A DNA stretch of 63,563 nt, counting the filler, from Candidatus Fermentibacterota bacterium (lineage in GTDB: Bacteria > JAFGKV01): assembly GCA_016928395.1 (NCBI GenBank). It is 5 parts of 5 records of this genome, joined end to end, with 100 filler letters (N's around TTAATTAATTAA, not from the genome) between each part and the next. Parts side by side here need not be neighbours in the genome. Positions count along the whole stretch, not along the records: positions 49,593 to 59,793 come from JAFGKV010000133.1; positions 59,894 to 63,563 come from JAFGKV010000151.1; 3 more parts are not named here. One strand, given 5' to 3'. How positions within the stretch are numbered: position 1 is the stretch's first letter; every line of letters begins with the position of its first letter. The notes under the pieces were generated by a model, which had not been told where the DNA came from, did no database searches, and saw nothing but the letters and a program-made list of their open reading frames with translations. Shown piece after piece: positions 51,828-61,800 of this stretch. Both the position numbers and the translations under genes were made by a program.

Positions 51828-53906
51828 ATGCGAGTGGTCATCTCTGTCCTCATGCTGTCTATGCTCATCGCCGTGAGTCTTGCCGAGATTCCCCAAGTCA
51901 TCACCTACCAGGGGAAGGTAAGCGATGCAGGCGGCGCTCCTGTTGCCGACGGTGACTACACCATGACGTTCAGCATCCATGATGCCGCCAGCGGCGGTAC
52001 TTCGCTGTGGAGTAGCGGGGCGCTGACTGTAGCGGTGAATGGCGGGGTGTTCAGCGTGCTGCTGGGCGAGAGTCCGCAACCGACGTTGAGCCTGGACTTC
52101 TCGGCAGACTACTGGGTCGAGGTGAACATCGCGGGCGATGTGCAGGCGCCACGGGTGAAGATGGGCTCCGTAGGCTACGCCTATATGGCCAGCGGGATCG
52201 TGCCGCAGACAGAAGTAGTCGGGTCATCGGGCTATCCGACGCTCAAGGGCAGCAACAGCGGCGCGGGCGCGGGTCTGCGGGGAGAGAGCGACCTGGGGAT
52301 CGGGGTGCGTGGTGAGACGCAGGCAACGGACAGCAAGGGGGTGTACGGCGTTGCCAATGCGACTGAGGGCCAGACCACGGGAGTGTACGGGGTCAGCCAG
52401 AGTACCGGCGGAACCGGTGTGGTCGGCGAGGCGACGGCAACGACCGGCGTCAACTACGGGATTCGGGGAATGCACGTGTCGAACAACGGAGCGGGCGTGC
52501 TCGGATACGCCAGTGGCACCACCGGTGTGGCGGCCGGTGTCGCCGGCTACAGCAGTTCATCCACCGGCTCTGGCGTCGCCGGGCGGGCAACGTCCTCAAC
52601 CGGCGTCAACTACGGGCTATACGGATCCAGCAATTCAACTGGTGGTTTTGGTGTCTACGCCAGCGCCAATGCATCCTCGGGCACGAATTACGGTGTCTAC
52701 GGCACCACCAACTCCACCGATGGATTCGCAGGCTACTTCGATGGGCACGGGCACTTCAGCGGGAACGTTGGGATAGGGACAGACTCGCCGGACCGGAGTC
52801 TCTCCGTGGTCGGGTATGTCCGGGGCGCCAATGCCGCGGACGAGGCCGAATACGTGGAGATCGCCCATGAAGACAGCAACGCCGTGATCAACTGGAACGG
52901 TGACGGTCGCTTCGACATCAGATACGCCGATACGACACGAGTGACGGTGGAGCAGGACGGCGACGTGGGTATCGGGACGACGACGCCGGGAGCGACACTC
53001 GATGTCCGGGGAAGCGCCGTGTTCAATGAAGATGGCGGCAACAACGATTTCCGCGTCGAGGGAGACACCAGGGCAAATCTCCTGTTTGTCGATGCCAGCC
53101 TCGACCAAGTGGGGATCGGGACCGCATTGCCCAATGCCTTGCTCGATGTTCGCGGAGACGCTGTCTTCAATGAAGGTGGTGGCAACAACGACTTCCGCGT
53201 CGAGGGCGACACCGACCAGTACCTGTTCAGCACCGATGCACAGCATGACCGAATCGGAATCGGCACGGAATACCCGGAGGAACGCCTGGATATCAGAATC
53301 GCGGGCGGCGCGCTGAGGTGCCAAGTACATGCGGAGAGTGGCGAACCTGGAGAGCTCACCGTGTATGGTGTGAACGAGAATCGGAACGTCATCTTGTCCA
53401 GCACCAACGACTACGACAATAACGGTATGGTGGCGGTGTGTCGCTGGGATGGTATACGCATGGCCGGAATGCAGGTCGATGCGGCCGGTGATGGCATTGT
53501 CTGGGGGGATACCAAGAGTTTCCGTATGGCAAACCCGAAGGACCCGGGCACCGAGATCTGGTATGCGTGCATCGAAGGGCCTGAGGCAGCAGCGTATTTG
53601 CGCGGAACCGCGCGGCTGGAGAATGGCCGGGCCACGATCTCATTCCCGGAGCACTTCCAATCCGTAGCCATTGCGGAAGGCATGACGGTGCAGCTCACGC
53701 CGTTGTCCGCTGAATGCAAGGGCCTGGCAGTGACCAGAAAGAGCATCCAGGGCATCGATGTTGAGGAACTATGGGACGGGACGGGGACCTACGACTTCGA
53801 CTACACGGTCATGGCGGTACGCACGGGCCACGAAGACTACCAGGTGATCCGGCCGGTGGAGCGAGAAGACGCCGAGGAGAGACCCGGGTTAGCCAGCGAG
53901 TTGTGA
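51828..53906 (+). CDS. Secreted fibre-like surface protein
   Basis: Signal peptide; IPQVITYQG..DGDYTMTFSI; G-V-x-G beta-solenoid repeats; VGIGT repeats; internal duplication; C-terminal KSF..P..Y..IEGPE..RG..L..G. Confidence 0.8.
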   Translation: MRVVISVLMLSMLIAVSLAEIPQVITYQGKVSDAGGAPVADGDYTMTFSIHDAASGGTSLWSSGALTVAVNGGVFSVLLGESPQPTLSLDFSADYWVEVNIAGDVQAPRVKMGSVGYAYMASGIVPQTEVVGSSGYPTLKGSNSGAGAGLRGESDLGIGVRGETQATDSKGVYGVANATEGQTTGVYGVSQSTGGTGVVGEATATTGVNYGIRGMHVSNNGAGVLGYASGTTGVAAGVAGYSSSSTGSGVAGRATSSTGVNYGLYGSSNSTGGFGVYASANASSGTNYGVYGTTNSTDGFAGYFDGHGHFSGNVGIGTDSPDRSLSVVGYVRGANAADEAEYVEIAHEDSNAVINWNGDGRFDIRYADTTRVTVEQDGDVGIGTTTPGATLDVRGSAVFNEDGGNNDFRVEGDTRANLLFVDASLDQVGIGTALPNALLDVRGDAVFNEGGGNNDFRVEGDTDQYLFSTDAQHDRIGIGTEYPEERLDIRIAGGALRCQVHAESGEPGELTVYGVNENRNVILSSTNDYDNNGMVAVCRWDGIRMAGMQVDAAGDGIVWGDTKSFRMANPKDPGTEIWYACIEGPEAAAYLRGTARLENGRATISFPEHFQSVAIAEGMTVQLTPLSAECKGLAVTRKSIQGIDVEELWDGTGTYDFDYTVMAVRTGHEDYQVIRPVEREDAEERPGLASEL

Positions 53907-53909
53907 GGC

Positions 53910-54210
53910 ACGAGCCGCGCAAAGCTCGAAATCCGAAGCAAACAAGGTCTCACGCCCCTCGACTGCGCTCAGGGTCAACGACAAAGCCGCAAAGCCCGCA
54001 AAGGAAGCAAAGAAGTGAAGAAGTGAAGAAGTGAAGAAGTGAAGAGGTGACGAAGAGAGCGAGTCGGCAGTCCGGGCTGAATACCAAACCCTGAACCCTG
54101 TCGCCTGCGAGCGAAGCGAAGCTATCGAGCGAAGCAAAGCCGGCAGTTCGCAGGGCTGAACCATGCTCTCAACGTCTAACCCCGCTGCTACCTTCTGAAT
54201 TCTGAATACT
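53910..54210 (+). repeat. Repeat mosaic (GAAGAAGT octamers, GAGCGAAGCGAAGC, CTGAA heptamers)
   Basis: AAAGAAGTGAAGAAGTGAAG..GAAGAGAGCGAGTCGGCAG.CCGG.CTGA shared with ~51590-51640. Confidence 0.78.
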
Positions 54211-54443
54211 GCCCTACGTCTCCTCACTTGTGCGGTCGGTGGGTGCCGCGAGGCATCTTCATGTCGTGCTGTGCGGTGCCCCGTGGAGCTCAAGCCTCAT
54301 CAGCGTCGGCGACAAGATAGACGCTGAGGGTCCTGCGCAGTCTCCTATGCCGCTTTTGCGCCACACCTCGTCAACCGGGCCACGCATCATGATCGCCTCC
54401 CTGTTCCAGTGCCCGGCCCATACCTCGCCTTCATCGCCAGTCC

Positions 54444-55061
54444 TCACGGGATGTGTCGCGGCGCGACGCCATCCGTGGCACAGGGTACCTGAAGCTCCGG
54501 ATCACGCGATCCACCCCGCCCGATGCTGTCCAGGTCGGCTTGCCGCACCCAGAAGGTGGTCAGACACTCCGGCCGGTCCAACTCAGAGTTGAGGTCGAAT
54601 CGGTAGATGGCCTGCGTCGCGTCAAATGCAATGCGGTCAGGAAACACGATGGAACCGCTGGTACGGAGTGGCAGCACCACGTATGCGCTGTCGGCAAGGG
54701 ATGCGAAGTCCCAGCCCACGGACAGCGGAATGTCCCGAACATCGGGCGAGTGGCCGAGTCGCGCATGCTCCGTCGAGAGGTGCGTGATCTCGATCCACAG
54801 GCTGTCGGCCTTGCGCAGTATGAGGAACGCCGGGGTATGCATTCCTTCCCCGCCGTAGTGACGAAGTTGGAAGGCATAGAGTGAATCCCCATAGACGAGA
54901 CGGTGGGTGAAAGGCTCCGCCTGGACGGCATTCCCTCTCACCGTCGGCCGGCTGAACCCTGCCGGACTCGCCTCCGAGATCGCCCCAACCTCGGCGCGTA
55001 CGAACGCACAGGATAGACATACCGCGCATGCAGCGAGGCGCCAGGTCCACGCGGCAGTCAC
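54444..55061 (-). CDS. Hypothetical secreted protein
   Basis: 205-aa ORF with signal-like N-terminus, GTGA overlap with the GGDEF gene stop. Confidence 0.6.
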   Translation of the reverse strand: MTAAWTWRLAACAVCLSCAFVRAEVGAISEASPAGFSRPTVRGNAVQAEPFTHRLVYGDSLYAFQLRHYGGEGMHTPAFLILRKADSLWIEITHLSTEHARLGHSPDVRDIPLSVGWDFASLADSAYVVLPLRTSGSIVFPDRIAFDATQAIYRFDLNSELDRPECLTTFWVRQADLDSIGRGGSRDPELQVPCATDGVAPRHIP

Positions 55062-56899
55062 GAGTGGGCCACCACCCGATTGCGGCCTCGCTCTTTGGCC
55101 GCGTAGAGGGCCCGATCAACGGCGCCGAGAAGTTCGGAGGGACTCGTACTGCCGACATCGTCGGCAACGCCGACACTGACGGTTGGACGTAGCGCCGCCG
55201 AGAATTCGGACGACGCCAGTGACTCGACCTCAAGACGGATGCGCTCGCCGATCAGGAGGGCGTCGCCAACACGAGTCTCCGGGAGTACGACGACAAACTC
55301 GTCACCGCCGTACCGTGCTGCCGCATCGACGGTTCGGCACGCCGACCTGATAACCGCCCCGACATGCCTTAGGACGGCATCGCCTGCGACGTGGGAATGC
55401 CGGTCGTTGATATCCTTGAAGCGGTCCACGTCGATCATGATAAGTGCCAGAGGATGCCCGAATCGCCGCGCGCGCCGGAATTCGTGATCCAGCATCTGCT
55501 CCAGGTGCCTGCGATTGGAGAGGCCGGTGAGCGCATCCTCGCGGGTTTCCTGCTCCAGCAGTGCCGACTTCTCCCTGAGTTGTTCCACGAGCGCGCTCTT
55601 CTCCTGGTCAGACCTGCGCAGCCGCTCGCTGGCCGCCTCCAGCTCCTGATTTGCCCGGGCCAGCTCAACGTGGCGGAGACGGTGCATCTCCCCGTCGTGC
55701 CGGACCTTGCCGAGTTCAAGCCGCAGCCTCAGCGCCTGGGCTGCCTCCTCTGCCTGCGCCTCGAGCAAGGCTGTCTTCTCGTGATGAAAGGCCTTCCAGT
55801 GCTCAAGCGCCCTGGAAAGATCTCCCGTTGCCTCGTAAGCCGTTGCCAGCGCCTCGTGGGCATTCCTGACCCATTGCCGGTATCCAGTGCGATGGGCGAT
55901 GGCGAGCGCCGCGTGGAGGTGAACGAGGGCACCGTGGGGATCGTGCGCGTCGCATCGAGTGATTCCGATGCTCATCTCGGCGTTCATTTCCACCGTCGCG
56001 TTCCCTGCTCTTTGACCTACGTCCAGACTTTGGAGCAGCAGACGCTCAGCCTCTTCGTAGGCACCCAGCAGGCGATAGGTATCGCCCATGTTGCCGAGGG
56101 TCAGGGCTATCGTTTCCGGATCCTGCATTGCCGTGGCTGCCTCATGGGCCTTTTCGTAGTGCTGTAGCGCGCGGGGATAGTCCTGACGGTCCCTGCATAC
56201 CACCCCGAGGTTGTTGAGGCATTTGGCCTGGTGCTTTCGATCTCCGAGCCTCTCGAAGACCTCGGCGCCCCTCTCGAATGCCTCCATGGCCGATACCCAG
56301 TCTCCGAGGAGCTGGTGTACGACGCCGATGTTGGCAAGTGCGGTTGCGGTCCGATCCTGGTCACCGATTTCCTCGGATACGGCAAGACTCCGATGGCAGT
56401 ACTCCAGCGATTTCGAGTAGTCCCCCAGCTTCTCGTAGATCGTGCCGATATTCGAGAGCGTGGCGGCCTCGGCACGGCGGTCTGAAGCAACCTCCCGGAG
56501 CCGGAGGCTGTGCTCATAGGCCCCGAGAGCCTCTGCGTACTCTCCTCGTGCCACCTGCACGTTCCCAAGCATATTCAGCGAGGAAGCCGCACCATCCTGG
56601 TCAGACGCCTCCTCGCAGAGAGAGAACGCCTCCCGGGCACAGTTCGCTGCCTCTGACAGCTCTGACAGCCGGACATGACCTGCTGCAGAGGCGAGCAGGC
56701 TCCGGGCGAGCCCTCTTGGATGCGACAGCTCGCGCGCAAGGGTGGCCGCTTCCCTCCCCAGCAAGATGGCGCGTCTGGGGTCTTGGGCGCGCAACTCCCA
56801 CGCTAAGGCTGCCAGCGCGTCCACGCGGGCGGCTGTTGCCGGGTCTTCCCGTGACATGCGTTCGAGACTGGCTTCGAGCTCGGCAACTGTGAAGGTCAC
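55058..56899 (-). CDS. TPR-repeat diguanylate cyclase
   Basis: Multiple TPRs, coiled linker, DALTGLSNRR, IDVDRFKDIND, RTVD I-site, RYGGDEF. Confidence 0.93.
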   Translation of the reverse strand: MTFTVAELEASLERMSREDPATAARVDALAALAWELRAQDPRRAILLGREAATLARELSHPRGLARSLLASAAGHVRLSELSEAANCAREAFSLCEEASDQDGAASSLNMLGNVQVARGEYAEALGAYEHSLRLREVASDRRAEAATLSNIGTIYEKLGDYSKSLEYCHRSLAVSEEIGDQDRTATALANIGVVHQLLGDWVSAMEAFERGAEVFERLGDRKHQAKCLNNLGVVCRDRQDYPRALQHYEKAHEAATAMQDPETIALTLGNMGDTYRLLGAYEEAERLLLQSLDVGQRAGNATVEMNAEMSIGITRCDAHDPHGALVHLHAALAIAHRTGYRQWVRNAHEALATAYEATGDLSRALEHWKAFHHEKTALLEAQAEEAAQALRLRLELGKVRHDGEMHRLRHVELARANQELEAASERLRRSDQEKSALVEQLREKSALLEQETREDALTGLSNRRHLEQMLDHEFRRARRFGHPLALIMIDVDRFKDINDRHSHVAGDAVLRHVGAVIRSACRTVDAAARYGGDEFVVVLPETRVGDALLIGERIRLEVESLASSEFSAALRPTVSVGVADDVGSTSPSELLGAVDRALYAAKERGRNRVVAHS

Positions 56900-57058
56900 G
56901 GCATCCTCAAGGCACTCTCGGCCGCGGTCTGGGATTCGGAGTGCGCCGTTGAGGTCAAGTCTTGAATCGACAATCTAGGGGGAAGGCAGCCGTGCCGCCT
57001 GAACTCGCAGCACAAAACGCTGGGAAGCGGCAGGTTCGCGGCCTGTGGCACGTAGACC

Positions 57059-57332
57059 CTTGTTTGAGAGAACATGCAAAGCTCGTACAGGTGCTCGTGC
57101 TTGACCGCCCCAGCTCAACGATTACGACTACGATACCGACCCCGAACCCCGCCCCGGCGGGCGACCAGGAACGATCGCCCCTACGAGGCAACGGTTCCTC
57201 GCAGAGCTAGGTAGGGGCGGGACTCTGTGCCCGCCCGGGTGACACGCCGCAGAGCGGCGTGGCTACAACTCGGCGTACTCTCACCCTCGAAAAACCTGAG
57301 GGCGCCCCGCACCCTCAGAGGCTCGACTGAAC
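57059..57332 (+). repeat. Modular intergenic repeat, copy 4
   Basis: CTTGTTTGAGAGAACATGCAAAG...CGGCGGGCGACCAGG...GTAG REP...CAACTCGGCGTACTCTCA...CCCTCAGAGGCTCGACTGAA, collinear with the 38.8-39.1 kb copy. Confidence 0.85.
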
Positions 57333-57352
57333 TGTGAACTCCGCGCCAGGTG

Positions 57353-57715
57353 TTATTGGCCATCGCGCTCGTGGACCATTGTGACGGGGGTGGCGCGGTC
57401 GCGCTGGGCGTCATCGTATCGCAACCGCCGATCCGACGTGGCGGAGCGGGGGGAGACGCTCACGTTGAGATCCGCGCCCAGCGCGCGAACAAGGCGGATC
57501 ATGGTCGTCAGAGTGAAGTTGGCATCGCCTCGGAGGATCTTGGTGACATACGCCTGAGATGTGCCGAGCCTGCGTGCCAACTCTGCCCTCGACACCCCCC
57601 GTTCGGCCATCAGGGCGCACAGGGACTCGGTAAATCCGATCGCCGCAATCTCGGCATGGTACTCCGGCGTCTCCTCCATCCGCTTGATGAAACTGCCGTA
57701 GTCCTCTCGTCCCAT
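57353..57715 (-). CDS. XRE-family HTH protein (HigA-like antitoxin)
   Basis: GVSRAELARRLGTSQAYVTKILRGDANFTLTTMIRLVRALG. Confidence 0.85.
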   Translation of the reverse strand: MGREDYGSFIKRMEETPEYHAEIAAIGFTESLCALMAERGVSRAELARRLGTSQAYVTKILRGDANFTLTTMIRLVRALGADLNVSVSPRSATSDRRLRYDDAQRDRATPVTMVHERDGQ

Positions 57716-57728
57716 GGCGCTCGTCTCC

Positions 57729-57810
57729 CTACAGATCCACGATGGTCACGCGGCCCTGGCGTCGGGCCTCGCCGTACTCCTTGGCTGCAGCCTCGGCCCT
57801 TCCCGATCCG
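57729..57810 (-). pseudogene. Possible C-terminal remnant of a deleted upstream (toxin) gene
   Basis: GRAEAAAKEYGEARRQGRVTIVDL* lies between the promoter/operator and the HTH gene; toxin identity is inferred. Confidence 0.35.
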
Positions 57811-57820
57811 CAGTACCTGC

Positions 57821-57848
57821 ATATTAACCTATAGGTTTAATCCGTCAA
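57821..57848 (-). promoter_or_regulatory. Promoter with palindromic operator
   Basis: TTGACG-N16-TAATAT on minus strand enclosing the AACCTATAGGTT palindrome (57826-57837). Confidence 0.55.
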
Positions 57849-58048
57849 GCGTGCCGTGCCACAAGGGCGGGATCGGAAGCGCGAAGCACGAAGCCCGAAA
57901 CAGGAACCAGGGAAGGGTGGAATGATGGAATGACGCTTCCAAAGGGGTAGGCGGGACTGTGGGCACGATTCCCCCCTGTTGGTGCAAGGGCTCGAATCGG
58001 GCGACGGCGCATGCCGCCGTCATGAATGAGAGCAAACGGTATCGCGGG

Positions 58049-58350
58049 GGCAGTCGGCAGTCGGCAGTCGGCAGTCGGCAGTCGGCAGTAGCCAGTCGGC
58101 AGTAGCCAGTCGGCAGTAGCCAGTCGGCAGTAGGCAGTCAGCTAACGGGACCATCTCCTCACTCCTATCTCCTTACTCCTCACCCCCATGTCAGAGCGAA
58201 GCGAAGCCCGAGGGGCAAAGAGGTGAAGGGTCAAAGAAGTGAAGAAGTGAAGAAGGCCGGTCGAGCTCTGCTCGACACCATCTTTCGCACTCCGCATTCC
58301 GCACTCAGGGAGCGAAGCGAAGCGTCCATCATTCCGACCCCGACCCTGCA
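58049..58350 (+). repeat. Repeat mosaic with about 13 (GGCAGTC/GCCAGTC/GGCAGTA) heptamers
   Basis: Heptamer tandem 58049-58139, CTCCT octamers, two GAGCGAAGCGAAGC cores, GAAGAAGT octamers. Confidence 0.88.
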
Positions 58351-58376
58351 AACAGGGGTGTCCCCGGTGTAGCGGT

Positions 58377-59624
58377 TCATCCATCCGCCCAAAGCTGTGA
58401 GATGGGCACCGCGCACAGTTTGTCGCCAAAACGCGCCACGGCGTCGCCATCATAGAGCACGACACCAGCGGCAAAGCTCTCTTGCGCGGCGTCCTTCAAC
58501 TTCCGCAGTCCCCGGAAATCATTGCCGGTTACGGTTGAACCCGCCTTCACTTCCACTCCGGCCACACGCCCTTCGGATTCGCACACGACGTCCACTTCGA
58601 CCTGGTCCTTGTCACGGAAGTGGTGGAAGGCAAATCCCTCCTCCTCCCAGCTGGCCAATCGTCGTAGCTCTTGATACACAAAGGTTTCCAGCAGCCTTCC
58701 GAACAGAGGGCGGTCTGCCCACAGGGAATCACCGTTCAATCCCAGAAGGGAACAGGCCAGTCCAGTGTCGCCGAGATGCAGCTTGGGTGTCTTCACAAGC
58801 CGCTTCATCCGGTTCCTGTGCCATGAGGGCAATTCGTCCACCAAGAAAATCCGGGACAACAGCGTCAGATACTCGCGAATCGTCTGGCGGCTGATCTGAA
58901 ACGGCGCCGCCAGCTCCGAGATATTCACCAGGCACGCCGTCTGTCCTGCGGCCAATGCCAGCAGACGCGGCAACGCATCCAATGCGCTGATCCGTGCCAG
59001 ATCTCGAATGTCGCGCTGGATCGGGGTGTCGGCATAATCCCGATACCAGGCCGCACGGCGGCGTTGGCCAGTACGCGCCAGGGCAGCCGGGAAACCACCA
59101 CCGACCACCCGCTCTGCCAGGGCCTTTCCGAGACGCAGCCCGGGCAGACCCGCCCTGAAGTCCGCGGCAAACAGCCTTGAAAGAAACCCGCAAGGCTTCC
59201 TGCCCAACTCCGCCTGTGACAGCGGATGCAGCCGCAAGATTTCCATCCTGCCGGCCAGCGAATCCGCCAGTCTGGGCACCAACAGCACATTGGCCGACCC
59301 AGTAAGGATGAAGCGGCCGGGCGTCCTGCGCGTGTCCACCGCCGCCTTGAGCGATGTAAAAAGCTCCGGGACTTGCTGCACCTCGTCCAGCACCGCTCGC
59401 TCCGGCAGATCGGCCACAAAACCAACCGGATCGGCCTGGGCCGCTGCCCGCTGGACATCGTCGTCAAAGGTGAAATAGGCAAGACCGGCCCGATCCGCCA
59501 CGAGCCGGGCCAGCGTTGTCTTTCCGCACTGGCGAGGCCCGTGGATCAGCACGACGGGCGAATCCGCCAGGGCCTCCACGATGCGCGGACGTAGAAAGCG
59601 GGGATACAAGGCTTCTCTATTCAT
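58377..59624 (-). CDS. AAA_14 ATPase with DUF4143 domain
   Basis: LIHGPRQCGKTT, LDEVQ, FILTGSA, SLAGR, GGFP, KTPKLHLGDTGL, LLETFV, EVDVV..VEVK. Confidence 0.93.
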   Translation of the reverse strand: MNREALYPRFLRPRIVEALADSPVVLIHGPRQCGKTTLARLVADRAGLAYFTFDDDVQRAAAQADPVGFVADLPERAVLDEVQQVPELFTSLKAAVDTRRTPGRFILTGSANVLLVPRLADSLAGRMEILRLHPLSQAELGRKPCGFLSRLFAADFRAGLPGLRLGKALAERVVGGGFPAALARTGQRRRAAWYRDYADTPIQRDIRDLARISALDALPRLLALAAGQTACLVNISELAAPFQISRQTIREYLTLLSRIFLVDELPSWHRNRMKRLVKTPKLHLGDTGLACSLLGLNGDSLWADRPLFGRLLETFVYQELRRLASWEEEGFAFHHFRDKDQVEVDVVCESEGRVAGVEVKAGSTVTGNDFRGLRKLKDAAQESFAAGVVLYDGDAVARFGDKLCAVPISQLWADG

Positions 59625-59706
59625 GACGGCTCTCTGTAACAGACGTGGCGGCCAATTGCCAGTTCTTACTCGTCCAATAGTCGATAGAGTGCCGTCCAAT
59701 TGTCGG

Positions 59707-59793
59707 TGGGAATGCGGAGCAACCCCACGCGACGGCACTACGCCGTCACCACAGCAGGGCAAACGGTATGGCGGGAGGAGGGGGAAGTCAAGA
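59707..59793 (-). repeat. 87-bp promoter-bearing repeat at contig end
   Basis: Identical to 49406-49492. Confidence 0.85.
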
Positions 59794-59893
59794 NNNNNNN
59801 NNNNNNNNNNNNNNNNNNNNNNNNNNNNNNNNNNNNNTTAATTAATTAANNNNNNNNNNNNNNNNNNNNNNNNNNNNNNNNNNNNNNNNNNNN
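59794..59893. other. Artificial contig linker
   Basis: N/TTAATTAATTAA/N, 100 nt. Confidence 0.99.
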
Positions 59894-61505
59894 GCTGATA
59901 GGGATCCGAGATACCCGTGAACCCCTGGATTGACCCTGCCCGCGCCTTGGCATAGAGCCCCTTGCGGTCGCGCCGTTCGCACACTTCCAAGGGTGTGCTG
60001 ACATACACAAGAATGAACCCGCCCCGTGCTTGGATCATCGAGCGAACTTCCTTACGGACGGCGTCGTACGGCGCGATGGGTGCGCAGATGGCGATGGCGC
60101 CGTTCTTCGTGTTCTCCGATGCCACGAAACCGATGCGCCGGATATTGATATCGCGATGCTCCTTGGAGAAGCCCAGTTCCGAGGAGAGGTGCGTGCGCAC
60201 GATGTCGCCGTCCCACAGCGTGACCGGCCTGCCTCCCATCTCCAGCAGCCTGATCATCAGGACATTGGCGATGGTCGATTTCCCCGCGCCTGAAAGGCCT
60301 GTGAAGAACACGGTAAACCCTTGCCTGTGCCGTGGAGGATGCGTTCGCCTGAGCTCCCGGATCACCTCCGGGAAGGAAGACCAGGAGGGGATCTCCCTGC
60401 CGTCGGCAAGACGCTCGCGAAGTTCGGCCCCGGAGATGGATCGTGTCTCCGTGCCGGGCGGTACTTCGTCCGCCGCAACAAAGGCATCCCGGTCGGGCGA
60501 ATAGACCAGTTCGGCAAATGGCATCATGGCCACGCCGATCTCGTCTGCGTGGCGAGCAAAGGTCTCCTGCGCGGCATACGGGCCGTAGAATGAGCATCCA
60601 TTGAGATCACGACCCAAGCCCGCATGGTCGCGCCCGACAATCATGTGCGTACACCCATAGTTGCGCCGGATGATCGCATGGAGCAGCGTCTCTCGCGGGC
60701 CTGCCATTCTCATTGCCAAGGGCAGCAGACTCAGCGTGGCAGTTCCGGGAGTGTAACGGTGCATCACGGCCTGGTAGCAGCGCACGCGGGTGTAGTGATC
60801 CAGGTCTCCAGGCCGGGTCATGCCGACTGCCGGGTGGATCAGTATGCCCGCGTTGGCTGCCGTGGCGGCTCTGACCGTCAACTCGTAGTGGGCCCGGTGC
60901 ATGGGATTGCGGGTCTGGAACGCGACGACGCGCCGCCATCCCATGCGGGCGAACAGGTCGCGCAGCTCACGCGGGGTGTGCCGCAGAAACTTGAAATCGT
61001 AGTGCCCCGGGAGCTGAAGCCCTTCGATTCGTCCCCCCAGATACCACGGATTGGTATGTTGAAGAAGCGTACGCACCCCCGGGTGCTCTGGATTGCTGGT
61101 TCCGTAGACGAGCGCGGCCTCCTCCAGCTTGTTGGGCTTCCACGTGTCCTCCACCTGGAGTGCCGCAAGCATCACGCCTTCCGCATCGCGCAGGGCGACG
61201 CTCTCACCAACGCCTACTTTGGCCGCGAGCTCCTCTGAGACATCCAGCACAATAGGCACCGGCCAGAGCCCGCCGCCCGCGAGGCGCATCTCGTGGCACA
61301 CGGCCTCATAGTCAGGCTGCCGCATGAAACCCGAAAGGGGCGAGAACGCCCCATTGAGCAGCAGCTCCAGATCGCAGAGCTGCCGGGGCGTCAGGTCCCA
61401 CGAGAGCCATTCCCGCGAATCGCGCTGGAGGATCTCTTGCCGCTGTGGAGAGACCAATCCGTCGATCAGGGTTCCGCCGTAGGGTGTGTTCAGATGAGCA
61501 GTCAT
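59894..61505 (-). CDS. sat/cysC: Bifunctional sulfate adenylyltransferase/adenylylsulfate kinase, 3' truncated
   Basis: DLELLLNGAFSPL, AFQTRNPMHRAH, IVGRDHAG, FFTGLSGAGKSTIA, RDRKGLYAKARAG. Confidence 0.95.
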
Positions 61506-61800
61506 GAGGTCTCCTGGAAAACTCGCAACCGGGAGGGCACGTGATCCCGCACCACTGGATGCTGCGGATTGGAGTTACGAATTCGGCACCCAGCGCCCCA
61601 TCCCCTCACTCCGTGCTCCCCAGCAGAGCGGTGGGCCTCTCCTACGAATCCAAGGGCACGCGGGAGGGCAGGATCCTCGCCGCGTGGGGTTTCATGGTTG
61701 GAGGAGCCTCCTGCCGCACCCTGCGGACGACACGAGTGCGGTCGAAGGGCGTGAGGCGTGGGTTCACATCCTGCCCTTCTTGGTCGGCTCCAGCCTCGGC

